From positions 9,178,001 through 9,242,000 of the forward strand of contig NC_087252.1 of assembly GCF_037042905.1 (NCBI RefSeq): a DNA stretch of 64,000 nucleotides, written 5' to 3'. The DNA comes from Lytechinus pictus. Lineage: Eukaryota. Each line of letters opens with the position of its first letter. The first letter of the stretch is position 1. Positions 1 to 12,587 of this stretch are shown in pieces. Below the pieces are notes generated by a model that was not told the origin of the DNA, searched no databases, and was given only the letters and a program-made list of their open reading frames with translations. A program made the position numbers and the translations under genes.

Positions 1-1302
1 TATGATTATGTCTCGAGTCAATGCATATATCGATGAGATGGTGCAAATGACAAGAAAATATACATTAAGAACAAAAAAAAATACAAATATACAAAAGACA
101 TATGAATTAACACAGGGAAATGTCAGCAAATTTTCCCTCTGTTAATTCATATGCCTTTAGCCATCCGATATTTAATATGGACATAGTAAGCTCATAAAAT
201 GGAAGAAAATATAAACATGAGAAAGTTATAAAACAAATAGAAAAAAATACGTGTGCTAAATTGCATGCTCATATTGTATAATTGAATGCCCTAACAATGG
301 CGAAATCGAATGCCCTTACATAGCTCGAGGGGGTTTCACGGGCGAACTTGGTTGCATTATGTACAAATTCGTAAGCCGAGTGGCACATTTTTTTTAACAA
401 GTGCACACCAAGTTACCAATAATGCACATAGCATTTCCATTAATTTCAAAGCAGGATAAAAGAGATAATTAGAAAATAAGGATTTGGTTGTTCTAAAGCG
501 ACCATGAATGCCAAATTGCTATTTTGGTTGCACTATAGCGAATTTGAATGCCGACTGGTGATTTCGGCTGCCCTATCTAATATATTGAATGATCTATTTA
601 TACTTTCTCATGCACTATGTGCGAAAATCAATGACCTATCTTTACTTTTGCATGCACTAAGTGCGAAATTGGACGAAAAATCTATATTTCAAAATAAATT
701 TTCCATATCCGTTTCATTTTTTTTCCATGAGGAAAACATTTCTATATATACATAAGGTTACATAAGGTTCAGTTCTGGACGAGGGATCTTCTGTTCCTCT
801 AGGTCCAGCTCCTGGTGGTAAACAGTGACGTCTGAATAATTAGCGCGGTCCGGGGGCGAATTTTTAAACCGTAGGATGGCCACTGAAGAATCATGAATTA
901 TTCATGAGCCATTCGCTTCGCAATCCGCCTCCCTCAACACACTAGTCTCTAATAGAGACCGTGTTTATTGTGAGCGTTTAAACGCTGCTTATGTTATGAC
1001 AGTTTTTTTTTTTCGTCTTGAATTATATTCTTTCCTCATCTTGATAAAAAAAATATATTGTAGTTATTAATCCAAGATTAAATCTAGATCTACTACAAAA
1101 TATCTCGCCGCACAAAATATGAACCTTATAATCAAATTTGAATTCTGCATTACGCCACCAAAAATCAATCGTTTTTTTTCAAATTGTAATACATCCTTAG
1201 ACTCTACTATATCAATGAAATAGTTTAGCAAAAACCTTTAAGAGAAAATTTCTAATTTCAAAAAACATTTCCAAGTCGAATATTGTTGTTTGTTGTTTTT
1301 GG

Positions 1303-1450
1303 CAGTCGCGTAACAGCCGGGGGAAGGGGGCAGGTGGGCAAGGTGCCCCCCTGGCGGATTTCACAGGGGAAAAAGGGAAAAGGAAGGGAGAAAGAAAGGG
1401 AAAGGGGAAGGAAAGGGGGAAAAGAAAGAAGGAAAAGGAAAGGAAAAAGG
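1303..1450 (+). repeat. Truncated MITE end followed by a purine-rich (G/A) tract; also in units B, C and inverted at ~63265-63420
   Basis: CAGTCGCGTAAC start, G-run and C-run, then ~85 bp of A/G only. No partner TIR was seen. Confidence 0.5.
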
Positions 1451-1905
1451 GTGCACTTTTTAAAAAGACTTTATTTGGATGTGCGCAGATGTTTCTGGAT
1501 GAAAGTTCATGGTTGATATTACGCCGCCATGTCGACTCCTTCATAGACTTTGTAAACGGGGGCGTATTTTATTCTCGTATGAAAAATAAAAAATATATAT
1601 TTATCCCCTCTATGAACGTAATGTCCCACCTTCCCCTAATATGGTTAATTTCATTTTCAATATGAAAGGATTTTCTTTCCATATCACTGATCTAACGAAA
1701 ATATTTCATTTGTCTGTACATAACACGAATAGCATCAGAACACGTTTGGACCTAAAAAGAAACTTAATCTAAAATTGAAACAAAATTATTTAAGGTGGGA
1801 GGTATTCTTTTTTACAATTGTACATAGAAGTTGTTTACAAACCCCTATATATCGTGTAGACGCCTTCAATGTCGGTTGTCTCTTACCATCTATTCACCCC
1901 GAAAT

Positions 1906-2015
1906 CACGGCCGTCAGCGCAAAGGATTATCATTTAAGTTTCGGGGGGGGGGGGCTGTGAACATCTTCAGTTGCGCCCCCAACGCAACAGATAATCCTCT
2001 GCGCTGACGGTCATG
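1906..2015. mobile_element. 110-bp MITE, probably hAT-type; copies at 13807-13915, 25730-25836, 62695-62804
   Basis: 26-bp TIRs CACGGCCGTCAGCGCAAAGGATTATC / GATAATCCTCTGCGCTGACGGTCATG, a central G-run, and degenerate 8-bp flanks CCCGAAAT / CCCAAAAC. Confidence 0.75.
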
Positions 2016-2744
2016 CCCAAAACAACATATATGACAGAACAAAACCTTTATCTCAGACAACGTCACAACGCAGCAATATTTTCAACGTAATGACATGCGC
2101 TATACAAGAACTGCGTTAGTATTATCATTATTGTTAATGCAAAAAAATAGAATCTAATCGAAACCAGCACAAACGCACGTTTTGTACAATTGGTTTTCAG
2201 TATTGTAAATAATAATCTTGTTTGAAAAAGAAATAAATAATTGCTCTTTACTTCAGGTTTTTTGTAAATTATTTTTTTGTAAATTATTAAATACATGTAT
2301 GTCCTTTTTTCGTACCACGTTTATAATTTTTGTCATTACAATAATGTCTTTATACTTTCATAGGATTTATTGTATTTCCTTTCTTGTGATATTCTTGACG
2401 AATAAATTCAATTACTCAATCAACCAACAGACATGACAGAACAAATTTTTATTTCAGACAGCTCAGCAATATTTTCAACGATACATGTAGAACGCTATGC
2501 TGGAAGAGCGTCTTTACGCATATTAGGGATTTTATAAACAACTTCTATCCCCAATTGTAGGAAAAATACATTCAACCTTGAATAATTTTGGTTCGATTTC
2601 AGAGTTTCTTTTTAAGTCCAAACTTGTTATTTTTTATATTTCACGGTATGGACAAACACATAAGATATTTTGTTTTATTAGATCAGTGATATGAAAAAAA
2701 TAAGAAAAGGCACCAAGCTTATACTGAAAGTGTTAACAGGTTTT

Positions 2745-2771
2745 GCTGCTGCATGCTACTACAACTGATAT

Positions 2772-2827
<56 letters not shown>

Positions 2828-2866
2828 TTACTACTACTACTACTACTATTACTACCACCACCACCA

Positions 2867-2898
<32 letters not shown>

Positions 2899-3092
2899 AC
2901 TACTACTACATCTACTACTACTACTGTCTACTACTACAACTACTACTACTACTTTTGCTACTACTCCTACTTCTACTACTACTACTATTGCTATACTACT
3001 ACTAGAAATACTACTACTACTACTACCACTACTACTAGTACTATACCGTTACCACTTCTACTACTACTACTTCTACTACTACTACAACTATG
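2745..3092. repeat. Degenerate (TAC)n microsatellite array 1; paralogs at ~14645-15000, 26566-26940, 37929-38092, 51765-52310, 61618-61975
   Basis: Directly visible, and repeat number differs between copies. Confidence 0.95.
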
Positions 3093-4275
3093 ATCACTCT
3101 AACCTGTATCATTAAAGAATTATACCCCTTTGAACCATGCAATATTCACATAAATTGATGTGTAATGTGGAGTGAGTTATGTCCATTTTCTGTGAATGGC
3201 GACCATTTTGAACGCCATCTGAGGACTTTTAGTTTGTTATTATAGACAAATCACTGGACGTATCCTGAAAAAAAATCAGCTTGTTACCTGAAATTTCCTT
3301 TCTTAAGAATATTTTGGCCTAATGCTCTTGGCCTAAATGTTTGTATACTATAATAGGAGCTTTATCCTGTCAAGGTTTTCTTTCTGTTTATTGTATTTCA
3401 TATTTTGTGATATTCTTGACGAATAAGAACAATCAATAAATCAGCCAACATAACACAACTTTTTTGAAGAAACGCAGTTCCAACAATGCATGTAGAACGC
3501 TATGTTGGAAGAGCACCTTTTTATAGTAGTGGTTTTGTATAAAACAACTTCACAGTCCAGTTGTTAGAAAAAATAACTCCAACCCTAAAAATTATGTTTC
3601 GATTTTAGATTAAGTTTCTTTTTAGGTCGAAACGTGTTCTGATACTATTCATGGTATGCACAGACAAATAAGATATTTTTCTTTAGATCAAGGATATGGA
3701 AAGAATAAAAACATTTCATACTGAAAATGAAATTAACCATATTAGGGAAGATGGGACACAACGATCATAGGGGGGGAAATAAAATTTTGAAATTTTCATA
3801 AGTGAATAAAGTACGCCCCCTTTACAAAGTCTTTGAAGCAGTCGAAAATGCGGCACAATATCAACCATGTACTTTATTCCAGCAACATCTGAGCACATCC
3901 GAATAAAGTCTTTTAAAAAATGTGCACCATGGTGATCTAAGAAAAGGGAATGATTATAGAGCTGAAAATTTTTAGTTGCCGTAGCAAGTTTTATAAAATA
4001 TTCGTATTATGTTAATCATGATACGATATCAAGATATCAACGTTGAGACACACGCTTTGCATGCTTCAGGGATTTTGCATGTAAACCTCTTATAAGAAAA
4101 TACAATATTAAGGGAAATAAACTATAAATGTTAGGGAAAAATTGAACCTTTTTGCTCCAAGTATGTACATATTGCCCCAGTTGAAAATGGCGTGTTTGTT
4201 ATTATCAAACGTGCTTTAACTTAAGATCAGTTGCATTGTTTGTGGTAGTTGAGTAACCTCAATTATATGGTTCAG

Positions 4276-4432
4276 GGGAGCGTTTCATCAATATTTTCAT
4301 CCGACAAGTTGTCAGATCTGACATCTTTCCATGATTTTGATTGGCTGTGAGGCACTGTTCCTATGGTAACTGTTGGATAAAATGGGACTTGTCGGATAAA
4401 ACGTCCGACAAGTCCTTTCATGAAACGCCCCC
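4276..4432. mobile_element. 157-bp PIF/Harbinger-like MITE; same-site copies at 16185-16341, 31436-31592, 39280-39436
   Basis: TIRs GGGAGCGTTTCAT / ATGAAACGCCCCC with CAG / CTG flanks. The empty site GGTTCAGGTGTATT (reverse complement) is at ~59806-59819 and ~49733-49746. Confidence 0.85.
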
Positions 4433-4809
4433 CTGGTGTATTGTTTGCAGGTCGTCATAAAGATTGTCAGGAATAGAACTGCAAGCGGAAAATGTCAAGA
4501 CAGATATGGGATGAAGAGGCAATGAAGAGTGCCATCGGGGGGGGGGGGTGCATTTTGCCCAAGTGACGGGGCAAAAAGTAATTTTTTGCGTTTCACTGAA
4601 ATTTACAACTGGAAATTTATGTCCTTGATATATAAAAGTACAAGCAATATTCATCTAAAATTGTCATTGTCATTGTACTTGTATTGCGGCGTTGATGACG
4701 TCTTAATATCAATTTTGAAATTCAGTATTCCATTATGCCATACCTTCCCTTAATTGTCTCATTATATTTGCACTAAAAAATACTTGACACTGTTTTGCTA
4801 GATACGATA

Positions 4810-5200
4810 CCACTTATATTACTACTTCTGCCACTACTTCTACTACTACTACTACTACTTCTACTACTACCACTACTTCTACTACTACTTCTACTGCTAT
4901 TACTTCTAACTACTGCTACTATACTACTACTTCTACTACTTCTACTACTACTACTACTACTACTACTACTTTTACTTCTACTACTATTACTACTACTACT
5001 ACTACTACAACTACTACTACTACTACTACTTATTCTACTAGTAGTACTACTGCTACTCCTGCTACTACTACTACTACTACTACTACAACTAATGCTACTA
5101 CTTTTACAAAATTAAAAACTACTACTGCTACTTTTACTCCTACTAGTACTACTACTACTGTTACTACCTCTACTACTACTACTACTACTACTATTACTAC
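4810..5200. repeat. Degenerate (TAC)n microsatellite array 2; paralogs at ~16720-17110, 31970-32375 plus 33611-33780, 39810-40183 plus 41426-41590, 46090-46470
   Basis: Directly visible. It is split by the hAT-type element in the forward copies. Confidence 0.95.
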
Positions 5201-6030
5201 TACATGTACGTCCAGAGGCGTCGATTCTGGGGGGGGGCAGGAGGGGCGATCGCCCCACCAATGAAAATATTGGGGGGCAAACATATCATTTTGCCCCCCC
5301 CCCCCCAATAATTCCGCATGTGAATCTGAAAATAAAAAAAGATTGTAATGTTACACGGAAATCAGCAAGCAAGATCGAGACACCAACTAGTTCTTTATTT
5401 AAAATTGTGCTCAAAATGTTCGCTTTTCAGATTGGAATACAAAAATTTTCAGCTCGCGCTTCGCGCTCGCATCATTTCTGTAGCAAAAACCCATACTTTT
5501 CATGATTAAATAGGTAAATAGAATTTCCCGTTTTCAGTTCTAAACCTCAAAAGAACTCCCGCTTCGATTTGCAATAAACTTTTATTAGATGTATATCTTG
5601 TTCTGTTAAAAGCGTCCATTAAACTGTCATCTTTTTTTTCAGATCGAAATATCAAAATTTTCAGCTCGCGCGTCGCGCTCGTATCTGCGTGGAGCGTTGT
5701 GGCCCAGTGGATTAGTCTCCGGACTTTGAAACAGAAGACTTTCATCAAAAACCCAAGAGGGCCACCAGAATTGTCAATTCTGAACCCCGTGGAACATGAT
5801 TTGGCAAAGGGAACATCAAGATTCATTAACTAGACACTTTAGGCAATACATAAACGTTGATTAAAAATATATTATGATGGTGCACAGGAACCCCCATTTC
5901 CGACTCGACTACAATAATGCAATCATACATGCCGTAGGTTTATTGTTGAAAACTAGGCTTAAAACGTAGCCTATAGACTGTCAAGTGGGCAATCAATCTT
6001 TGTTGAAACCATTTTTTTATCAGCACCTTC

Positions 6031-6275
6031 GGTAATAATGGCAGCGGTAATAATGGCAAAGGTAAAAATGGCAGTGGTAATAATGGAAGCGGTGATGCTG
6101 GCGAAGGTAAAAATGGCAGGGGTAATAATGGCAGAGGTAAAAATGGCGAAGGTAAAAATGGCAGTGGTAATAGTGGCAAAGGTAAAAATGGCGAAGATAA
6201 AAATGGAGGGGTAATAACGGCAGAGGTAAAAATGGCAGGGATTTTAATGGAAGAGGTAAAAATGGCAGAAGTAAA
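6031..6275. repeat. 15-bp minisatellite (GGTAAWAATGGCRRN), ~16 copies; also ~17943-18187
   Basis: Directly visible 15-bp period with a 1-bp deletion near 6207. Confidence 0.9.
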
Positions 6276-7371
6276 ACACTTGGAGGTATTATTGCCAGTC
6301 GTAAATCCCAATGCAATAGATTGTCCAAAAACCCCGCATGTCCATAGATTAGATAAGAATATATGTACACGGTTAGGCATTTCATCATAACATTATATCT
6401 TCATCGGCCGAACAATGCTATTTACGAATTCTATGGAGGTGTATTTGAACCTTGAGGGCTTTTTTGAGATTTGAAAGACAGAAATTTCTTCATTTAATTT
6501 ATCAAAAGCAAAATGAAACTGGGCTATTCTCATTCATTTTTTAATAACATTCCATTTTGTCTGATCTAAAGCTTTGCAAGGTTTACCGATAAAAAAAGGA
6601 GGAGGAGTATACATGAGAGAGGTGGAAGGACAGAGACGGTTTGGGGGAGGGGGAAACAGAGAATATAGAGGGGAAAGCTTAGACGGTGAAATTGTCACGA
6701 ACGATTGTGGTTAAATATTTTGTCCTTATTTGTATGCCGTCTGTACTAATCTTTTTAAACATTTGAATAACAATAGACATGCATTCCCAGGTTATGCGCT
6801 GAATTTGTAACTTATAAAAATCAATAATAATCTTGTTTTGCCTGGTGAACCAGTTTGGCATCAATCGAGGGTCTGGTTCAGTAACTTTGAAGATTATTTC
6901 TTCTTTTATGACGGGACACAAAAGTTCTTCACGTAATCCTGACAGCCGCTTTCAAAATGTTCAATGGCATTTCTCTTGCAGGAAATATTAATGCATTGAG
7001 CATTGTGTAAAAAAAAATATCATTTATGATTTTGCACGCCAAGACTCAATACATAGTGAAACTAAAACTGAAATCAAAATGAAAATGAAATCTTGACGAG
7101 CGCTTGAAACAGCAGTTATTTTGTATGCATTTTTGTTCTATATTGCGTGAAAAAGTTAATTCTATGTAAATATTGTATATACGTTAAATGTTTTTAACGT
7201 TGTATATTATTTCCGAAACTCTTCCTAGATTTTTTGTTTTAGTCGAAAGAAAAAAATAATGGCAAATCTATAACGTTTTATATAGCACGCAAATTGGTTT
7301 CTACGTTTTACTTGTTAAGAAACTATTTTATTGGTCCTTCTCCCTCATTATCCATGCAACTTAAAGACATA

Positions 7372-8632
7372 CAGTGCGTATCAAACAAAAACCGGGACAG
7401 ATTTGAAAAGTCTATAAATTATTGTCTCAAATTATGATGTCTATATTTTGGTGTAAATAGGTGCTCTTAGGTCTTATCTTTATCTGAGTAATATGATGAT
7501 CAGACTTCTTGCTAATCAGGTGACTTCCTCTCGACCTTTTCATTATCTGTGCCACAATTTTCGAATTATGCTGTCAAATTTTATTTACAACTTTATTTAT
7601 TTACTTGAATTATTTTGTTTTTTTTCATTTAAACTTCTCTTACCTTTTAATTTTCCTTCAAAAGTAACTGAGAAAAGAAGATTTTTTTTTCAACCCAAGC
7701 AAGAAGATTTGCATTATTAATTGGGAAAACTTGTCATTATTCAAATCCTTTTATTATGTGAAACAAATTATGTTATGTACCTTTAAAAGACATGAATCTA
7801 TTTTTCAAGGGGTCATTGATTCCTTGACCAAGTTTAATTGCTTGACAGGAAACACAGGAAGGGATTTATGTCTTTCAATGACAATGGTATATTGAGTCAA
7901 TTTCGAAGGAGCTAGATATGGGAGATCGGGAAAATGTATTCAAAATTTGTGAGCGAGCGAAGTGAGCACGCAAATATTCCCACTTTTTTATTACACTATC
8001 AAATTTTTTGATAAATTTTGACATAATATTCAGAAAATAATATCATATTTTACTTTCTATCTTTCCTTTTATTTCCTGTTCACCTTTTTTCTTCTTCATG
8101 ATTTTTTTTATTGAGGGGGAGCATTCGAAGCCCCCACACATCTGTGTGGCACTATTCAAAAGGCACCATAACGTTTGTACATGTAGCACACAATGAAAGG
8201 ATTTTTTTGGGGGGGGGGAATCCACGCTTTCTCATACTTCGGTTGAAACAAAATTGTTTTAGCTTGAAGAAGGAATATTCAAAGCTAACAGAGAGCATGT
8301 TAGAAAGAAGCAACAACAGAACTATTCAAGCAAATAAATTTTGAATTTTGACCGCATGCTTTAAAAATTGTGGCAAAGATAATGAAAGAGTAAAGATGAA
8401 GTCTGCTCATTAGCAAGAAGTCCGATCATCATATTTATAATTTTAGGCCATTTTGGCGCAAGCCTCCTTTTTGACCCCAAACGAAAACATTCCGTGTTCG
8501 CTCAAGCATGAACGAAACTAATTTTTTTAATAGCATTTGAAAGATAAGACCTTAGAACACCTATTAACACCTTAGACATTATAATTTGATACAAAAAATT
8601 TATAGACTTTTCAAATCTTTTTATACGCACTT
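7372..8632. mobile_element. Non-autonomous Tc1/mariner-like element (~1.3 kb) with long TIRs; copies at 19282-20557 and 54452-55807
   Basis: TA-CAGTGCGTAT...ATACGCACTG-TA termini. TIRs exceed 200 bp in the 54452 copy, and ~100 bp of the left TIR is deleted in the array copies. The inverted homolog at ~10325-10340 lacks the element. Confidence 0.85.
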
Positions 8633-9214
8633 TATAGTCGTGCATAATTTTTTTTATAAAAATGAATAGACTTTGCTTTTTAGGTAGATACAAAAAAGTA
8701 CGAGTTACATTATTTAAGAAAAACATAGTGTTGTAACTGGATGTAGCCATAAAAAGCCCAGATAGAATTATTAAGATAACCACACCTGATATCAAATATA
8801 GTGTATTCAGTATGAGAATTATATCAATAGAAAATTGATTCGTGAAATTGAAAGAGGTTGTCTAGATAGTGTAAACAAGTAATTTTATTTTCCATATTTA
8901 AAAGCATGTAAAGCACTGCAGTAAAAACATATTGAGTTGTATAAATACGAAGACAAAATCGACCTATAAGAATAAGATTTGATTTTCCTTTGAACAAATG
9001 TGCCACGCCACCAACAACCGACAATCTGTCAGGGAATGTTCTCTCACTGGATATAGCCCCAGAAGTCTTAAAAAATTAAGAAATAGCAAATACTATTTGA
9101 AGAATGTTTCATCCTTTTCATGCTCCCAAATTTATAAATTAAACAAGTGGAACGCTTCTGGCAGTCTCGTCTGCATTACTCAATTCGATATACATGTATA
9201 AGCCTCGGAAAGTA

Positions 9215-9843
9215 GTTTTTCAAGATGGCGTTTGGCGGCCATCTTGGATTTGATCCGAAGATTATCCTTTATGTAAAATTACAACGTGAATTGAAGCAAC
9301 ATACCAAATAACTCACCAATAGTATTAATGTTCATGATTCTGGGGCAAAGGGTTCAAAAGTTCATATTTCAAGATGGCGTCATATTGCGGCCATCTTGGA
9401 ATTGACCTGAAGATAACATTATATTGCAAAATAGATAGCAGAAATGGATTCTACACACCCCAAAATCCCGAAACAAAGGTATTACTCATAATTCTGGGGC
9501 AAGGGGTTCAAATAATTTTTTCAAGATGGCATCTGGCGGTCATCTTGGATTTGACCTGAAGATGACCTTATGATGCAAAAATAATAATAGAAATGGATTA
9601 TACACAACCCTTAACCCGTAAAATTTGTTATTGCTCATCATTTGGGGCAAGGGGTTCAAAACTTAGGTTTTCAAGATGGCATGTGGCGGCCATTTTGGAT
9701 TTATGCAAATTAGCAAAATTGCCCTTAGTTGCCGTTTGGGCAACCAAGCTGAATTTGTTCTAGGACCCCATACGAACATGAATCAAGAAAAAAACTTCAT
9801 CGGAAGAACATTTCTAGGTTCGGAAAATGTCAAATCGACTACT
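9215..9843. mobile_element. DNA-transposon remnant with ~150-bp internal tandem repeats; copies at ~21141-21770 and diverged at ~44255-44805
   Basis: CAAGATGGC...GGCGGYCATYTTGGA recurs at 9221, 9370, 9522 and 9672. The copies share a terminus GTCAAATCGACTA, after which their flanks differ. Confidence 0.65.
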
Positions 9844-11220
9844 AGAGCTTCCTGGACCATTTGAGTGGGCCAATGCTGATGCAGGACCCCGGCCGCAAGG
9901 GGCTTCGCGCTCGTGATGTGCGCAAAAAACATCAAATTAGAGTCTCCAGTTTTCTAGGGGATCCAGGCGGGAGAATCTCCAGATCAGGTGTTTGGGGTTG
10001 GAGTCTCTGCTTTATATTTACATAACTTAATATGTAATTACTGCAGTGGTTTTCATGCGTTTAAATATGAAAAATAAAATTATGTGTCTACTACTGTGTA
10101 GAAAACCTCTTTCAATTTCACGAATTAATTTTTTATTGATATAATTATCATACTGAATATAGTATATTTGATATCAGATGTGGTTATCTTAATACTTCGA
10201 TATCGGTTTTTATGCCTACAACCAGTTACAACACTATTTTTTTTCTTAAATAATGCATCTCGTTCTTTTTTGTATCTACCTAAAAAGCAAAAGTCAATTC
10301 ATTTTTATAAAAAAAAATTATGCACGACTATATTAAATTGCATCGATAATGAGGGAGAAGAACCAATAAAATAGTTTTCTTTTAACAAGTAAAACGTAGA
10401 AACCAATATGCGTGCCTTATAAAACGTTATACATTTGCCATTATTTTTTCTTTCGACTAACAAAAAAAATCTAGGAGGAGTTTTGGAAGCAAGATTTAAC
10501 GTATATACAATATTTACATAGAATGAACTTTTTTCATGCAATAACGAAAAAAGAATGCATACAAAATAACTGCTGTTTCAAGCGCTCGTCAGGATTTCAT
10601 AGAGACTATAAGGCTACGCCCCTTCAAAGAATCATTTTGATTTCGGTTTTAGTTTCACTTTATATTATTATTGAGCGTTGGCGTGCAAAACCATAAATGA
10701 TAAAGATTTCTTTTTTACACAATGCATTGATATTTCCTGCAAGAGAAATGCCATTATTAAAGCATTCTAAAAGCTTCCGTCAGGATTTCGTGAACAATTT
10801 TTGTGTCCCGTCATAAAAGAAGAAATAATCTTGATTTTATTAGTTTCATTTTGATTTTGGCCTTTTTACTTTCAGATTTAAGTTCCAAACGACCAATTTA
10901 TCAATGACATGGCGTGTGAAAGCACGAATAATTTGATTTTCTTTGGACCACTGTTCATAGTAAATTCTAAATGGACCGTTTCATTTGAATGAACTGCTTT
11001 GACACACCTGAAATGGAGAGATCGACCTATTTCCATTGTATCCATGAACAAAGTTAATTCAATAATAACAACTTTCATTTTAGGGGCTAAGGTTGTCTGT
11101 TTAGAGATAAATACTTTTGATGCATATCGAATGGCATATTGGTATCTTTATTAGATTTTTTTTGCTTTTCTTATAAATTTTGGAAAATGATTTAACTGCA
11201 GGAATAAACTATCATTATTA

Positions 11221-12587
11221 TAGGTTTTCCCGCTCAATTTCGCACTTAGTGCATGCAAGAGTATAAATAGTTCATTCAATTTCGCTAAAGAGCAACCAAT
11301 AATTCAAACTAGTCATCCAAAATCTCCATAGGGCGATCATTTTGGCTTAAGAGCAATCAAAAGTGTAAAAACACCAATCAGATTCGCCATACATGTAGTC
11401 CTCTCAAGTTAACACCGGAGGTCACGTGTCTGAAGACAGAGCGTTCAATTTCGCTATTATGTATCCATGTTCATAACTAGTGCATTCAGTTTAGCACTGT
11501 ATTTACATGACTTGTTATACATATTCAAACATTCCTCGCTTGTTTTTTTTTCCGGCCTGCAGTATGTGTGCCACCAGTGACCATTCATAAGACTGCACTG
11601 GACGATTTACATTATTCTTTACAGATGCTTGTAAAAAAACAATATAAATAAAATAGAAGCAGTAGCCTACTTATTTAGAAATTTGTTTTGTCTTATTAAG
11701 TATATACATTTAATTTTATGTTTTTAAAGATTATAAAAGGTTTTAAAAAAATTACATAAGGGAAGAAAACCGCAGTCAATGTCTCAAGTTTTGATGAAAA
11801 GATATTTGTTTTAAATGGTTAAAGTCATAGGAAAACACATGCAAGATAAAAAGAACATTAAACGTAAATATGAAAGAAGAAAATCATGATATTGTATACA
11901 TGCTATGATTATGTCTCGAGTCAATGCATATATCGATGAGATGGTGCAAATGACAAGAAAATATACATTAAGAACAACAAAAAATACAAATATACAAAAG
12001 ACATATGAATTAACACAGGGAAATGTCAGCAAATTTTCCCTCTGTTAATTCATATGCCTTTAGCCATCCGATATTTAATATGGACATAGTAAGCTCATAA
12101 AATGGAAGAAAATATAAACATGAGAAAGTTATAAAACAAATAGAAAAAAATACGTGTGCTAAATTGCATGCTCATATTGTATAATTGAATGCCCTAACAA
12201 TGGCGAAATCGAATGCCCTTACATAGCTCGAGGGGGTTTCACGGGCGAACTTGGTTGCATTATGTACAAATTCGTAAGCCGAGTGGCACATTTTTTTTAA
12301 CAAGTGCACACCAAGTTACCAATAATGCACATAGCATTTCCATTAATTTCAAAGCAGGATAAAAGAGATAATTAGAAAATAAGGATTTGGTTGTTCTAAA
12401 GCGACCATGAATGCCAAATTGCTATTTTGGTTGCACTATAGCGAATTTGAATGCCGACTGGTGATTTTGGCTGCCCTATCTAATATATTGAATGATCTAT
12501 TTATACTTTCTCATGCACTATGTGCGAAAATCAATGACCTATCTTTACTTTTGCATGCACTAAGTGCGAAATTGGACGAAAAATCTA
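11221..12587. mobile_element. Non-autonomous TIR DNA transposon (~1.37 kb), superfamily unassigned; copies at 23147-24511 and 1-684 (partial)
   Basis: Imperfect TIRs TAGGTTTTCCCGCTCAATTTCGCACTTAGTGCATGCAA / TTGCATGCACTAAGTGCGAAATTGGACGAAAAATCTA flanked by TA. The empty site (ATCATCATTA-TTTCAAAAT, reverse complement) is at ~63560-63582. Confidence 0.8.

Larger units (their letters stand above)
1..5737 (+). repeat. Tandem segmental duplication, unit A (partial; continues left of the window)
   Basis: Near-identical to ~11904-17649. ORF-track duplicates recur at offsets of about 11.9 kb (504/12407/24331). The unit ends where a SINE is cut off (ACAGAAG|ACTTTC). Confidence 0.95.

Noticed and set aside
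504..755. ORFs conserved across copies (504/12407/24331 and similar)
   Set aside because: Conservation reflects recent duplication only. This ORF overlaps a transposon end and its host flank and has no recognisable domain.
2743..5115. Thr-, Leu-, Tyr-, Val- or Ser-rich ORFs here and at paralogous arrays as mucin-like genes
   Set aside because: They are translations of (TAC)n. Frames shift within and between copies, and in the Thr frame the third position is the least variable, the opposite of coding constraint.
6031..6275. Gly-Asn/Lys pentapeptide-repeat (GNNGS/GKNGE) structural protein exon
   Set aside because: A frameshift near 6207 is present in both copies and no start or convincing splice donor was found. 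It is treated as a 15-bp minisatellite.
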